Below, one piece after another: positions 20,601 through 31,200 of a stretch of 64,000 nucleotides of DNA. Position 1 is the stretch's first letter. The number at the start of each line of letters is the position of its first letter. A program made the translations under genes and the position numbers. The notes beneath the pieces were generated by a model that was not told where the DNA came from, ran no database searches, and saw only the letters and a list, made by a program, of their open reading frames with translations. This DNA comes from Candidatus Zhuqueibacterota bacterium. Lineage in GTDB: Bacteria; Zhuqueibacterota; Zhuqueibacteria; Thermofontimicrobiales; Thermofontimicrobiaceae. Where the stretch lies: assembly GCA_049322915.1 (NCBI GenBank), contig JBMOPW010000014.1:890774-954773 (forward strand), in the 5' to 3' direction.

Positions 20601-21674
20601 ATGAATAGAAATAATTTGAAATTAATTTTTACCCGAATAAAGGACGATAGAAAATATACACCGGTTTGGCTGCCTGTTTTTCTCTTGGTATCGATTGTGC
20701 TGTTCGGCGGTGTCGATGGACTGGCGCAATCGAAAACAGGCACGACAATTGGACAGTTCCTTCTCATTGAACCCAGCGCCCACTACACCGGGATGGGCAA
20801 TGCCGGGGTCGCTTCGTACGATGAAATTTCCGCGGCTTATTACAACCCCGGCGCCATCGGTCGTTTTCGGTCATACGCAGTTCAATTCACCCATAGTTTG
20901 TGGCTGGCCGATATCACCTACGACTACGGTGCTGTTTTAATTCCCATCGGGCCGGTGGGCAACCTGATGCTCAATGTGACGTCGTTGAATTCAGGGGAAA
21001 TTGCCGTCCGAACCGTGGACCAGCCGTTGGGCACCGGCGAACGATACACCGTGACGAACTTCGCCATCGGCATGGGCTACGGCCGACAGTTTACCGACCG
21101 TTTTTCCATGGGCGTTCAAATCACCTACATCAATGAATCCATTTGGCACAGTTCACTTTCCACAGTGGGACTCAGCGTGGGAACGCTGTACAATCTGACG
21201 AGCGACGGCGTTCGGGTGGGCGCCAGTATTTCCAATTTCGGTCTGCCGGCCAGGTATACGGGCCGGGATCTCCGAGTCGTCTATGACAATGACCCGGATA
21301 AATACGGCGATAACAGCAGTCTGCCCGGCGAAATCTATACAGAAAAATATCCCTTGCCGGTGCTGTTCCGCGTTGGATTGAGCTGGCCGATTCGGTTCTC
21401 CGAAAATAATCAGGTGCAATTGGCCGTGAACGCGTTTCATCCCAACGACAATACAGAAAGCATGAGCTTTGGCGCTGAGTGGATGTTGCTGAAAGTATTC
21501 GCCCTGAGAGCCGGCTATCAGAATCTGTTTTTGAAAGATTCGGAAGTGGGCCTGACTTTTGGACTTGGTTTGAATCTCGAATGGCAGGGTCGGACATTTC
21601 ACTTCGATTATGCCTGGGCCGATCACGGCCGATTGGAAAACACGCAGCGATTCACCGTTGGCTTCATGTTCTGA
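20601..21674 (+). CDS. PorV/PorQ-like (UPF0164) outer-membrane beta-barrel
   Basis: QFLLIEPSAHYTGMGNA..YYNPGA N-terminal motif; GAEW..ALRAGY; FDYAW; terminal Phe. Confidence 0.85.
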   Translation: MNRNNLKLIFTRIKDDRKYTPVWLPVFLLVSIVLFGGVDGLAQSKTGTTIGQFLLIEPSAHYTGMGNAGVASYDEISAAYYNPGAIGRFRSYAVQFTHSLWLADITYDYGAVLIPIGPVGNLMLNVTSLNSGEIAVRTVDQPLGTGERYTVTNFAIGMGYGRQFTDRFSMGVQITYINESIWHSSLSTVGLSVGTLYNLTSDGVRVGASISNFGLPARYTGRDLRVVYDNDPDKYGDNSSLPGEIYTEKYPLPVLFRVGLSWPIRFSENNQVQLAVNAFHPNDNTESMSFGAEWMLLKVFALRAGYQNLFLKDSEVGLTFGLGLNLEWQGRTFHFDYAWADHGRLENTQRFTVGFMF

Positions 21675-22528
21675 TCGGCGGATTGGACTGCATTGCGACG
21701 ACGAGTGGATACACCATTCCACCTTCGATAAAAAGGCCTGATTCGTAAGGCCGGCATCGCCATGCTGCTTTCAATACATGGGTTTGTGTTGAGTCCTCCG
21801 GATAGCAGCGTCGATCGAATCTACCCGACGCTGCTATCCTGTATGGCGCGGATTCAAAGAGCCCGATAATTCTGTTTCAGGCAGCGATTGATCCGGAGGC
21901 GCCGAAGGATGAATCGCTGAATTCGATTCCAGATTGGGGCTGCCTAAGAAATTCATTTTGATGGTCTTATTCGACAGTAAATGGATTTCAGCGCTTCCGG
22001 TACAACGTTGCTGTGAATGATCCCAGCTATTGCTATAGAAATTTGAAGAATTGCCACCATACGCGACAACGCTGAATATCACTCATGAAGTCAGAAGTTG
22101 TTTATGAAATTATCAGACAAAAAAATGAAAAAGTATTATGGTAAAGTTGATGGTAACAGTCTATAAATTCTTTCGTTGAGTCTTAGCGTCTTTGTGGCCA
22201 TTGCATTACCCGGGTTAACTGTTCCGGAATTCTTCGGGCTGAACCCCGGATGATTGGAGATTCCAAAAATGTCTCTCCGTCATAAATGAAAAAGTCAGTG
22301 ATAAAGAAAGACAATCTCCGTTCCTGTGAACGGAGATTTTATTAACCCGCCCGATGTTGCGCTTCAGCCCAAATTCTATACAAAATCAGTCAATGGGTTA
22401 TTCCCGGTAGCGTGTGGCGCATGCAATCGGGATGGCGCTTATCAGGCAGCCTTTCTGTTTTACTATAAGTATACAATCCGGAAAGTAGAGATTGAAAATT
22501 ATTCATTGAACATTGAAAAGAGAACAAA

Positions 22529-24937
22529 ATGTCTGGCAAGTTTGAATCGAAATATGGCTATTTTACGGAAGATGGAAAAGAGTATGTGATAACTCGCCCT
22601 GATACGCCGAAGCCGTGGGTGAATGTCATTTCCAATGGGGATTTTGGCATGATCGTGTCGCAGGCAGGCGGTGGGTTTAGCTGGCGAAGACATAGCAATT
22701 TCAATCGGCTGACGCGGTGGAACCAGGATCTGGTTCAGGATAATTGGGGCAAATTCATTTACATCAGGGACAGGGATAACAATGACGTATGGTCAGCGGC
22801 ATTGCAGCCGGTGAAGAATCCCGGGGCGAAATACCATTGCCGGCATGGATTGGGCTACAGCGTGCTTTGTTCGGAATATGTAGGCGTGGAATCCGAATGG
22901 ACGCTGTTCGTGGCCGTCGATGCGCCCGTGGAAATCTGGCTGCTCAAAATCGCCAATCACGGGAAGAGGCCGCGGCATCTGTCGCTGTTCACCTATTTCG
23001 AGTGGTGTTTGGGATTCGCGCCGGACAATCACAGGGAGTTTCACAAGACATTCATTGAAACGCGTTTCGATACGCAGGATCAAGTTCTGTTTGCCACAAA
23101 ACGCCTCTGGGAAATTCAGGATGAAAAGGGTCGGAACTGGAACCGGGATTGGCCATTTGTCGCCTTTTTCTCTGCGAGCGAATCAGTGGTCGATTTCGAC
23201 GGCGACAAAGAATTATTTTTAGGGCGCAATGGCGATGTGAGAATGCCGGCAGCCGTGAGTCAGGGGCAGTGCAGCAACTCCGAAGGCAAATGGGGTGATG
23301 CCATGGCCTGCCTGCATATCGATGTGAATCTCGCTGCCGGAGAGAGTAAAACCATTGCATTCGCTCTGGGAGCGACGGACAACGCGCAGCAAGCCATTGA
23401 GCAGGTTAAAAAATATCGGAATCTTAAAACAGCGCAAGCGGAACTGGCGCGGGTGAAGTCGAAATGGGAGCAGCGATTGACCGTCTGTCACGTGGAGACT
23501 CCGGATGACGCTTTCAATTTTATGACCAACACCTGGCTCAAATACCAGGCCATCTCTGCCCGGTTATGGGGGCGGGCTGCGTATTACCAGCAGAGCGGCG
23601 CCTACGGATTCAGGGATCAATTGCAGGACAGTCAGGTCTTTCTGCCGATGGATGCAGAGTTGACGCGCCGGCAGATCAAACTTCACGCCGAACATCAGTT
23701 CAAAGACGGCTCGGTCTATCATTGGTGGCATCCGTACACGGAAACAGGGTTGCGCTCCAATGTCAGCGACAATCTGCTGTGGCTGCCGTTCGTCGTGATC
23801 GAATATATCAAAGAGACCGGATCGATGGCGATTCTGGATGAGCAGATCTGCTTCGCGGACGATACAGAACCGGCGCCGCTGTGGCTGCACTGTAAATTGG
23901 TCATAGAGCGGGCGCTGGCCTGGCGCAGCGAGCGGGGACTGCCGTTGATCGGCGCGCACGACTGGAACGATGGCCTCAATGCCGTCGGCAACGATATGCG
24001 CGGCGAATCCATCTGGATGGCCCATTTCCTGCATCGGATTCTTCGGGAATTTGCCGGGATCATTGAAACACACGCATCGAAAGAGCAGTTTAAATTTTGC
24101 CTGCCGGAAGCGGACAGGCTGAAGCAGGCGGTCAATGCGCACGGCTGGGATGGCGAATGGTACTGGCGGGCAACCAAAGACAACGGCGAGTTGGTTGGCA
24201 GTCATCAATGCACAGAAGGCAAAATTTACCTCAACGCGCAAACCTGGTCTGTGATCGCGAATACGGCCACGCCGCAGCGCGCGGAGATGGCCATGTCGTC
24301 CGCGGAAAAGCACCTGAACCGCGAATATGGCCCGCTGCTTTTGCAGCCAGCCTATTCAAAACCGGATTCGACCATCGGCTACATCACCCGCTACGCCCCG
24401 GGGCGCCGGGAAAATGGTGGCTTGTACACTCATGCCAGCGCCTGGGCCATCTGGGCAGAGACATTGCTGGGGAAAAATGATGTGGCGTTTGAGATGTATA
24501 AAAATTTCTGTCCCATCTATCGCGGCCTTGATCCGGATCTGTACCATGCCGAACCCTATGTCACGCCGGGCAATGTGGACGGCCCTGAATCGCCTGTGTT
24601 CGGGCGCGGCGGCTGGACCTGGTACACCGGCTCGGCAGCGTGGCTTTTCAAAATCAGTCTGGAACAGATACTCGGCATTCGTCCCCATGTCAGAGGATTG
24701 ATCATCGATCCCTGCATTCCTTCGGACTGGAAGGGCTTTACAGTCCACCGACAATTTCGCGGCGCATTTTATGAAATCAAAGTCGAAGCGGATGAAAATG
24801 GCGCAGCCGATGTCATTCAAATCGATGGCAAATTCCATACGCCGGAGCGGGTGGATGGCAGCGCGCTGATTCCTGTTTTCCCGGCCGGGACGCGGCATGT
24901 GGTCATTTACAAAATTGGCAAAAGGAAAGGAAAGTAA
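22529..24937 (+). CDS. GH94-family glycoside phosphorylase (cytoplasmic)
   Basis: YGYFTEDGKEYVIT..TPKPWVNVISN, YYQQSGAYGFRDQLQD, catalytic DWNDG, ENGGLYTH and WTWYTGSA; no signal peptide. Confidence 0.92.
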   Translation: MSGKFESKYGYFTEDGKEYVITRPDTPKPWVNVISNGDFGMIVSQAGGGFSWRRHSNFNRLTRWNQDLVQDNWGKFIYIRDRDNNDVWSAALQPVKNPGAKYHCRHGLGYSVLCSEYVGVESEWTLFVAVDAPVEIWLLKIANHGKRPRHLSLFTYFEWCLGFAPDNHREFHKTFIETRFDTQDQVLFATKRLWEIQDEKGRNWNRDWPFVAFFSASESVVDFDGDKELFLGRNGDVRMPAAVSQGQCSNSEGKWGDAMACLHIDVNLAAGESKTIAFALGATDNAQQAIEQVKKYRNLKTAQAELARVKSKWEQRLTVCHVETPDDAFNFMTNTWLKYQAISARLWGRAAYYQQSGAYGFRDQLQDSQVFLPMDAELTRRQIKLHAEHQFKDGSVYHWWHPYTETGLRSNVSDNLLWLPFVVIEYIKETGSMAILDEQICFADDTEPAPLWLHCKLVIERALAWRSERGLPLIGAHDWNDGLNAVGNDMRGESIWMAHFLHRILREFAGIIETHASKEQFKFCLPEADRLKQAVNAHGWDGEWYWRATKDNGELVGSHQCTEGKIYLNAQTWSVIANTATPQRAEMAMSSAEKHLNREYGPLLLQPAYSKPDSTIGYITRYAPGRRENGGLYTHASAWAIWAETLLGKNDVAFEMYKNFCPIYRGLDPDLYHAEPYVTPGNVDGPESPVFGRGGWTWYTGSAAWLFKISLEQILGIRPHVRGLIIDPCIPSDWKGFTVHRQFRGAFYEIKVEADENGAADVIQIDGKFHTPERVDGSALIPVFPAGTRHVVIYKIGKRKGK

Positions 24938-24941
24938 TCCC

Positions 24942-26798
24942 ATGAAGAATTCCATCGTTGCATTGGCCTGGCTGTGCCTGGTGGTTGGGCCAGCGCGCGC
25001 CGAATCCACCGCGCCGGGCCGCAATATTCAAACCCGATGCGGTGACAAAAGCGTCATCCTTCGCTGGGAGCGCAGCGCAGCAGAGGAGAATGCAGGCTAC
25101 TCCGTATATCGCGCTGACCAGCCGGATGGCCCCTTTCATCGGTTGAACGAGGCGCCCATTCGCCGCAGCAGCTATGTCGATTTCGACGTGGCCAACCGGA
25201 GAACCTATTACTACCAAATCCGCACCGACGCAGCGAACATCGAATCCGCGCAGGTGATCGGCGATGTTACCGCAATGCCTGATGCGCTGAATGACAGCAC
25301 TTTTCTCGATTTGCTTCAGCGAACGTCGTTTGATTTTTTCTGGTACGAAGCGAACGCTGCCAATGGATTGATCAGGGACCGCGATGAATCCTGGGCTCCC
25401 TGCAGCATCGCCTCGGTTGGATTCGGATTGAGCGCGATTTGCACGGGCATCGATCACCAATGGATTACGCGCGAGGCCGGACGCCAGCGCGTGCTCAATA
25501 CGCTGAACACGTTCTGGACCAAACCGCAGGGCAATCAGGCGACCGGGGTCATCGGTCACAAGGGATTTTTCTATCATTTTCTGGAGATGAATACCGGCTA
25601 CCGCACCTGGAATTGCGAATTGTCCTCCATCGACACCGCGCTGCTACTGGCTGGAATCCTCCACGCCAGGATGTACTTTTCCGAAGACCAGGCCGATGAG
25701 TTGATGATCCGGCAGTTGGCGGATTCAATCTATTACCGCGTCGACTGGCAGTGGATGCGGAATTATCAGCCGAACATCATGCTGGGCTGGTTCCCGGACA
25801 CAGGCTTCATCAATGCCTGGTGGCGGGGGTACAACGAAGCCATGATCATGTGCATTCTGGCGCTGGGCTCACCGACGCATCCGGTTCCGGCTTCCACCTG
25901 GTCTGCCTGGACCGGCGGCTATGCCTGGAAAACCCATTACGGCCAGACTTATATCGAATTTCCTCCGCTGTTCGGTCACCACTACTCCCACTGCTGGATT
26001 GATTTTCGGAATATTCAGGATGGCTATACTTCGGCCAAAGGCATTACCTATTTTGAAAATTCCGCGCGGGCGACCCTGGCCCAGCGCGCGTACTGCATCG
26101 ATAATCCCGGCAATTTTGTCGGCTACGGAGACAATGTCTGGGGCCTGACGGCGTGCGATGGCCCCAATGGTTACCAGGCCCGCGGCGCGCCCCCGGCTCA
26201 GAACGACAACGGCACAATCGCTCCCACGGCCGCCGGCGGTTCCATTGCATTCACGCCGGAGGTGTCCATACCGGCGCTGAAGCACATGTACGATACCTAT
26301 CGCACCAGCATCTGGAAGGAGTACGGCTTCCGCGATGCATTCAACCTGACGCAGAACTGGTGGGGCCCGGATGTGATTGGCATTGACGAAGGGCCTATTG
26401 TGCTGATGATTGAAAATCATCTCACCGGCCGCGTCTGGGAAAAATTCATGCAAAACGAGGATATTCAGCGGGGACTGGAACGGGCTGGATTCAGCCTGGT
26501 CAACAACGTAGAGGCCAAAGAGGCAGTGACTCCGACGTCCTATCAATTGCAACAGAATGCTCCGAACCCTTTCAATCCGGCGACGACCATTCGTTACTCG
26601 CTGCCCCAAGCCGGCTTTGTCACGCTCACCGTGTTCAATCTGATGGGACAGGAAGTGGCAACCCTCGTGAATGGCCCCATGCCGGCCGGCAATTTCACCG
26701 TGAATTTCGATGCTGCCAATTTGAGTTCCGGAATATATTTTTATCGATTGCAAGCGGATGAATTTTCAGCAATTAAAAAAATGATTGTGGTGGAGTGA
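24942..26798 (+). CDS. GH144-like ('glucoamylase family') endo-beta-1,2-glucanase with N-terminal FN3 and C-terminal T9SS-type domain
   Basis: SIASVGFGL, GFFYHFL, ELSSIDTALL, GYNEAM, PLFGHHYSH, WGLTACDGP and GIDEGP; C-terminal QNAPNPFNP..SGIYFYRL. Confidence 0.85.
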   Translation: MKNSIVALAWLCLVVGPARAESTAPGRNIQTRCGDKSVILRWERSAAEENAGYSVYRADQPDGPFHRLNEAPIRRSSYVDFDVANRRTYYYQIRTDAANIESAQVIGDVTAMPDALNDSTFLDLLQRTSFDFFWYEANAANGLIRDRDESWAPCSIASVGFGLSAICTGIDHQWITREAGRQRVLNTLNTFWTKPQGNQATGVIGHKGFFYHFLEMNTGYRTWNCELSSIDTALLLAGILHARMYFSEDQADELMIRQLADSIYYRVDWQWMRNYQPNIMLGWFPDTGFINAWWRGYNEAMIMCILALGSPTHPVPASTWSAWTGGYAWKTHYGQTYIEFPPLFGHHYSHCWIDFRNIQDGYTSAKGITYFENSARATLAQRAYCIDNPGNFVGYGDNVWGLTACDGPNGYQARGAPPAQNDNGTIAPTAAGGSIAFTPEVSIPALKHMYDTYRTSIWKEYGFRDAFNLTQNWWGPDVIGIDEGPIVLMIENHLTGRVWEKFMQNEDIQRGLERAGFSLVNNVEAKEAVTPTSYQLQQNAPNPFNPATTIRYSLPQAGFVTLTVFNLMGQEVATLVNGPMPAGNFTVNFDAANLSSGIYFYRLQADEFSAIKKMIVVE

Positions 26799-26799
26799 A

Positions 26800-28200
26800 A
26801 TGATGAGACGAGCGATAGTCATTATCGGAATAATTGTCCTCTGCATGGCATGGACGCCGGCGAACGGTCAGGCGCAGGAAGCCGGCGCGCCGGCAATGGG
26901 ACAGGTTACGTGGGATCCGTTTCTGGACACACTTCAGGTCAAGACGCTGAAGTTCTTTCTGGAAACAACGGATGTAGCGACCGGATTGACGCCGGATCGC
27001 TGGCCGAAACCGGCGCCTTCCAGCATTGCCGCCGTTGGATTCGCGCTGACAGCCTACCCCATCGCGGTTGAGCGTCAGCTAATTACCAGAGCGGAAGCAG
27101 CGACGCGGGTGTTGAACACATTGAAATTTTTCTGGCGACTCCCCCAGAATCCCGGGCGCGATGATGTGGCCGGGTACAAGGGCTTTTTTTATCATTTTCT
27201 GGATGTCAAAAAAGGCACCCGCTACTGGAAATGCGAATTGTCCACCATCGACACGGCGCTGCTGCTGGCTGGCGCATTGTTCTGCCAGACCTACTTTCAG
27301 GGCTCCGGCGATGACGAGATAGCCATTCGTTCCCTGGTTGATTCTCTGTATTTTCGCGTGGACTGGAATTGGGCCATGGCCGGCGAACCCGGGGTGAAAA
27401 CAGGCTGGCATCCGGAAGAGGGTTTTTCGCCGCACATTTGGGATGGTTACGATGAAGCGATGATTCTGTACATTCTGGCGCTTGGCTCGCCGACGCACGG
27501 CCTGCCCGAATCCGTGTGGCAAACATGGACAAAACCGTACATCTGGGCTGAGTATTACGGCATGGAATTCATAAGTTTCGGGCCACTGTTCGGGCATCAG
27601 TTCTCCCACTGCTGGATTGATTTTCGGGGAATTCAGGATGCGTACATGCGGGAGAAAGGCATTGACTATTTCGAAAATTCCCGCCGGGCAACCTATTCTC
27701 AGCGCAGTTACGCCATTGAAAATCCGCTCGGCTGGAAAGATTACTCGGAGAATGTCTGGGGATTCAGCGCCTGCGATGGGCCGGGGGACGTGACTCTGAA
27801 AATCGATGGGAAGAAGCGGAAATTCTGGTCCTATTACGCGCGAGGCGTTTCGTTCGACTGGGTCGGCGATGACGGAACCATCGCGCCCTACGCAGCCGGC
27901 AGCTCTGTCGCATTCGCGCCGGAAATCTGCATTCCCGCGTTGAAGACCATGCGCGCCCGGTACGGCGATCGCGTCTGGCAGCAGTATGGTTTTATCGATG
28001 CCTTCAATCTGAACTACATCACCCGGGAAACGCCGCTCGGCTGGTTTGATACCGATTATATCGGCATCGACCAGGGGCCGATCGTCATCATGATCGAAAA
28101 TTTGCGGAGCGGTTTTGTCTGGAATGTGATGCGACAAAATCCATACATCATCGAAGGTCTGCGCAAAGCCGGGTTTACCGGCGGCTGGCTGGCTCAATGA
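26800..28200 (+). CDS. GH144-like beta-1,2-glucanase, single domain with signal peptide
   Basis: SSIAAVGFAL, GFFYHFLD, ELSTIDTALL, GYDEAM, PLFGHQFSHCWIDFRGIQD, YFENSRRAT and GIDQGP. Confidence 0.88.
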   Translation: MMRRAIVIIGIIVLCMAWTPANGQAQEAGAPAMGQVTWDPFLDTLQVKTLKFFLETTDVATGLTPDRWPKPAPSSIAAVGFALTAYPIAVERQLITRAEAATRVLNTLKFFWRLPQNPGRDDVAGYKGFFYHFLDVKKGTRYWKCELSTIDTALLLAGALFCQTYFQGSGDDEIAIRSLVDSLYFRVDWNWAMAGEPGVKTGWHPEEGFSPHIWDGYDEAMILYILALGSPTHGLPESVWQTWTKPYIWAEYYGMEFISFGPLFGHQFSHCWIDFRGIQDAYMREKGIDYFENSRRATYSQRSYAIENPLGWKDYSENVWGFSACDGPGDVTLKIDGKKRKFWSYYARGVSFDWVGDDGTIAPYAAGSSVAFAPEICIPALKTMRARYGDRVWQQYGFIDAFNLNYITRETPLGWFDTDYIGIDQGPIVIMIENLRSGFVWNVMRQNPYIIEGLRKAGFTGGWLAQ

Positions 28201-28240
28201 TCTGAAAAAAGTTTAGTCGTGACAATGTGAAAGGAAAACA

Positions 28241-31200
28241 ATGGCACTCGTGGCAGATTCATTGCTCCGCAGACTGCGGTCCGTCAGTTCTGTTATTTTG
28301 ATGGGATTGCTCACGGTATTCCCGGCCTTTTCGCAAACGCAATTGCTGGATGAATTTGAAACGCTCGCCGGTTGGGAACCGATTGCGTCCGAGGGCGCCA
28401 ATGGCCGGTTGACTTCCAGCGTCGGCAAATCGGGCAATGCCATGGGCATCGAATTCGAATTGACTGGTGGTTACGGCTATGTGATTGCTCAGAAAGAATT
28501 TGCCATCGAGCTCCCTGAGAATTACCAGTTCACCTTCGACATCAGGGCGGAAGCGCCTGTCAATAATTTTGAATTCAAATTGCTGGATGCCTCTGAAAAT
28601 GTCTGGTGGATCAAGAAGCAATATTTCGAATATCCAACCACCTGGACCCGGATGCGCATCAAGAAAAGGCACATAACCTTTGCCTGGGGACCGGCCGGCG
28701 GCGGTGAAATCCGTCGCGTCGCAAAAATCGAATTCGTTGTTTCCACCGCTACCGGCGGAATCGGTAAAATCTGGATCGACAATTTCCGATTCGAACCCAT
28801 CGTGGAGCCGTCGCGCGATGCAGCGCCGGCATCTCTGGAGTTTTCATCGGCAGCCCGGGGCAGCAGGCCGGTCATCGATGCGGCTGGAACAATGCTGACC
28901 GATTGGCGCAGCGCCGGCAATCAGGAGAGTGAATGGCTGCTGATTCGGTTCAATCAGAATCGTGAAATCGGGGGACTGGTGCTGGATTGGGATGCGGACG
29001 ATTTTGCTTCGGACTATTCGGTGGAAATTTCCGATGATGGCCAGGAATGGTTCAGCGTCTACTCGGTTGTCGCTGGCAATGGCGGCCGGGATTACATTGC
29101 AACGCCGGAAACCGAAGGCCGGCTGCTGCGAATTCTTTTCAAAAAGAGCAGCCGAAACGCCGACTATGGCATCAAGCGGATGCAAATCATGGGGCCGGCT
29201 TACTCCGCTTCACCAAATGATTTCTATTCAGCCGTGGCAAAAGAAACGACCCCTGGCTACTATCCCAAATATTTCCTGAAAAAGCAGTCATACTGGACCG
29301 TGATCGGCGCGGACAGGGATGGAAAAGAGGCGCTGATCAATCAGCAGGGTTTGGTTGAAGTCGACCGTTTCCGATTTTCCATTGAGCCATTCCTATTTTT
29401 CGATAGGAAACTGGTGACCTGGCATGACGTCACCTCCAGCCAATCGCTGGATTCGGACTATCTGCCGATTCCGTCCGTCACATGGAATTATTCCGATCGG
29501 TTGGGTTTGACAATCACCTCGTTCGCCGGCGGAGAAAGCGGATCGTCGATCCTCTACCTGGCCTATCGCATCGAGAATAAAACCGATTCCCATCAGCCGG
29601 GAAATCTATTTCTGGCCATTCGCCCATTTCAGGTCAATCCGCCCTCGCAATGGCTGAACGCAGTCGGCGGTGTCTCCCGCATCGATTCCATTGCCTATGT
29701 CCGGGGAGTCGCTGCGATCGATGAAAAGACAGTGTATCCTCTCACAACTCCGACAGGATTCGGCGCGGCTTCGTTTGACCAGGGAGATATTTCCGAATAC
29801 ATCAGCCGCGGTGAGCTGCCTGCCCAACAGGTCGCCGCAGACCGCAGTCACCGTGCGTCCGCTGCCTTCTCATTCGATTTCGATCTGAAGCCGGGCGCAT
29901 CCCGCGATGTGATTGTCGCTGTGCCATTTCATAACGCATCGGCCAATCTGCCGTCGAATGTATCAGATCAGGAAGCCTCCCGGTTTTACGATGAACGATA
30001 CAGCGAGACAAAGAGTTATTGGGAGGAAAAGCTCAACACTGTCTCCATCAAACTGCCGCAGGACGCGGCCTGGCTGGTCAACACGGTGAAATCGAACCTG
30101 GCGTACATTCTCATCAACCGGGACGGGGCTGGCATTCAGCCCGGTTCGCGCAGTTATGAGCGCTCATGGATCCGCGACGGCTCGCTGACGTCCACGGCCA
30201 TGCTGCAAATGGGGAGGAATGAAGAGGTGCGGGAATTTATCGACTGGTACGCTGCTTATCAATTTCCCAGCGGAAAAATCCCGTGCGTGGTTGATGCCCG
30301 CGGGGCAGACCCGATGCCGGAGAACGACAGTCACGGCCAGTACATTTACGCCGTGATGCAGTACTTCCGTTTTTCAGGGGATACGCTGTGGCTTCGCGGA
30401 AAGTGGGACAGTGTGGTAAAAACAGTCCGTTACATCCAGTCGCTGCGGGCATTGCGCAAGACCGAGGAGTACAAAAATGGCTCTCCGGAAAAGCGCGCCC
30501 TCTATGGCCTGGTTCCTGAGTCTATCAGCCACGAGGGCTATTCGGCCAAGCCCATGCACTCCTACTGGGACGATTTTTTTACGCTGCGCGGTTTAAAAGA
30601 CGCGGCAGAAATGGCGCGCGCTCTGGGCCATGCGGAATTGGCACAGGAGTTTGCTGCCGAGCGCGATGATTTCAGGAACGATTTTTATAACTCGATGCGT
30701 CTGGCTATGGCCAATACCGGGGTGGATTATATCCCGGGGTGCGCGGAACTGGGCGACTTCGATGCGACGTCGACAACTGTGGGCGTTTACCCCTGCGGCG
30801 AGCTGGGCAATATTCCCGAGCCCCAATTGCATACGACATTCGATCAATATTTTCAGTTCAGCCAGGAACGGATGCAGGGGCGTTCGACATGGGATAAATA
30901 TACGCCCTATGAAATTCGCACCGTCGGTACATTTATCTATCTCGATCAAAAAGAGCGCGCGCACGCCATGCTTGACTTTTTTAAAAATGACCGCCGACCA
31001 CCAAAGTGGAATCACTGGGCTGAGGTTGTCTGGCAAAATCCGGATACTGCCGAATTCATCGGGGATATGCCGCATACCTGGGTCGGATCGGATTTTATCC
31101 GGTCGGTTCGCAGCATTTTTGCCTATGAACGTGAACGCGATGCTTCGCTGGTGATTGGTGCGGGCATCCCTGAGTCCTGGCTCGGTTCGGCAGAAGGCAT

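Noticed and set aside
21675..22528. Short ORFs in the 850-bp gap before GH94
   Set aside because: No RBS or motif support; the region contains only fragments of palindromic repeats.
11971..31075. Long antisense and alternate-frame ORFs (e.g. 13480-14415, 27079-28197)
   Set aside because: Shadow ORFs of well-supported genes, caused by codon bias; no recognisable domains.
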